Of a stretch of 64,000 nucleotides of DNA, positions 63,176 to 64,000 are shown piece after piece (the first letter of the stretch is position 1; each line of letters starts with the position of its first letter). The translations under genes and the position numbers were made by a program. A model generated the notes under the pieces. That model searched no databases. It was not told the DNA's origin and saw only the letters and a list, made by a program, of their open reading frames with translations. The stretch is from positions 3,316,201 to 3,380,200 of the forward strand of contig NC_092679.1 of assembly GCF_964355755.1 (NCBI RefSeq). The letters run 5' to 3'. Source of the DNA: Antedon mediterranea. Lineage: Eukaryota; Animalia; Echinodermata.

Positions 63176-64000
63176 TTCGTTATCGAACAACATTTGTTTA
63201 AAAAATTGGTGTTTTAAACAACAAGATATTAAAATTTGACTAAACAAAAATTAAGTTATGCGACATTATACGCTTAGCTGTAAATGAATATCAACGGGAT
63301 GGATATATAATACTAATTTCGGCGCTCATGGACCTCTCTCCTTCCTTTACTTTACCCCACCACGCCCTAGTGGATTCCAATCAGAACCACCCATTTATCA
63401 CAGCCTAATGAATTGGCGCCCTCATCGGTAAATTAATCTTCAACCGCATTACTGGAATTGGGTTGTCATTTTTCCAGTGCTGGCAACTGTCATTGGTAAC
63501 TTGGGCATACCATACCAGTCTCATTAACAATACTTGATATATTTGTTGTTCTCCGTTGAAATAGTCATGATTTGTTAAGGGTGATGGTAAATAGTGAATT
63601 TGCGGTACAATATGATCTTCCCATCAATCGACAGAAACATAAACATTAACCAGAAATGTATCATTGTGTAAAACGAAAAGAAAAGTAGTTTTTTATTTAC
63701 CTTGGGTGCTAAACGTGATCCAATCACACATACATTTCTTTGTTTGATAAACATGCTAAATCATAGTTTCAATGTAGCAAAATAAAAAACAAATCTGTCA
63801 TCACAACGTGAACATAAAGAAGTTTGACTGAACCACGTCATGACAATATCCAGTATTAGGCCTATTTACCAGACCGGTTCATACCCATTTCCTGAACTTT
63901 TTTTAAAGACAATTTTATAATTTAAAATTTTACCAAAAACAGTTATCGACAGCCCGGCTCCTTTCCATCGCAACATTTATGCCACGCACCATTAGACGTA

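Overview
AT-rich eukaryotic (invertebrate animal) genomic DNA with GT-AG introns; not prokaryotic, and no CRISPR or defence system. The taxon cannot be fixed from sequence alone; the gene set and the frequent TAGGCCTA motifs suggest an invertebrate deuterostome such as an echinoderm (inference). Seven intact multi-exon genes were assembled by hand with consistent splice phases: PLAC8/cornifelin-like (+), COX8 (-), hydroxyacid oxidase HAO (-), ENTPD5/6 (-), MRPS18A (+), RSPH9 (-) and NUDT22 (+). The remainder is transposon-rich: a 5'-truncated LINE, Harbinger-like and Kolobok-like non-autonomous elements, Helitron ends, Penelope-like fragments with minimal hammerhead ribozymes, 5S- and tRNA-derived SINEs and several tandem repeats. 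Most notable observations: six 15-48 bp CATGG...CCATG palindromes, each with a 7-bp TSD, that look like excision footprints of a P/Galileo-type transposon; hammerhead-bearing Penelope ends; an HAO with substituted active-site residues; and MRPS18A-RSPH9 linkage shared with vertebrates. All coordinates were counted by eye.
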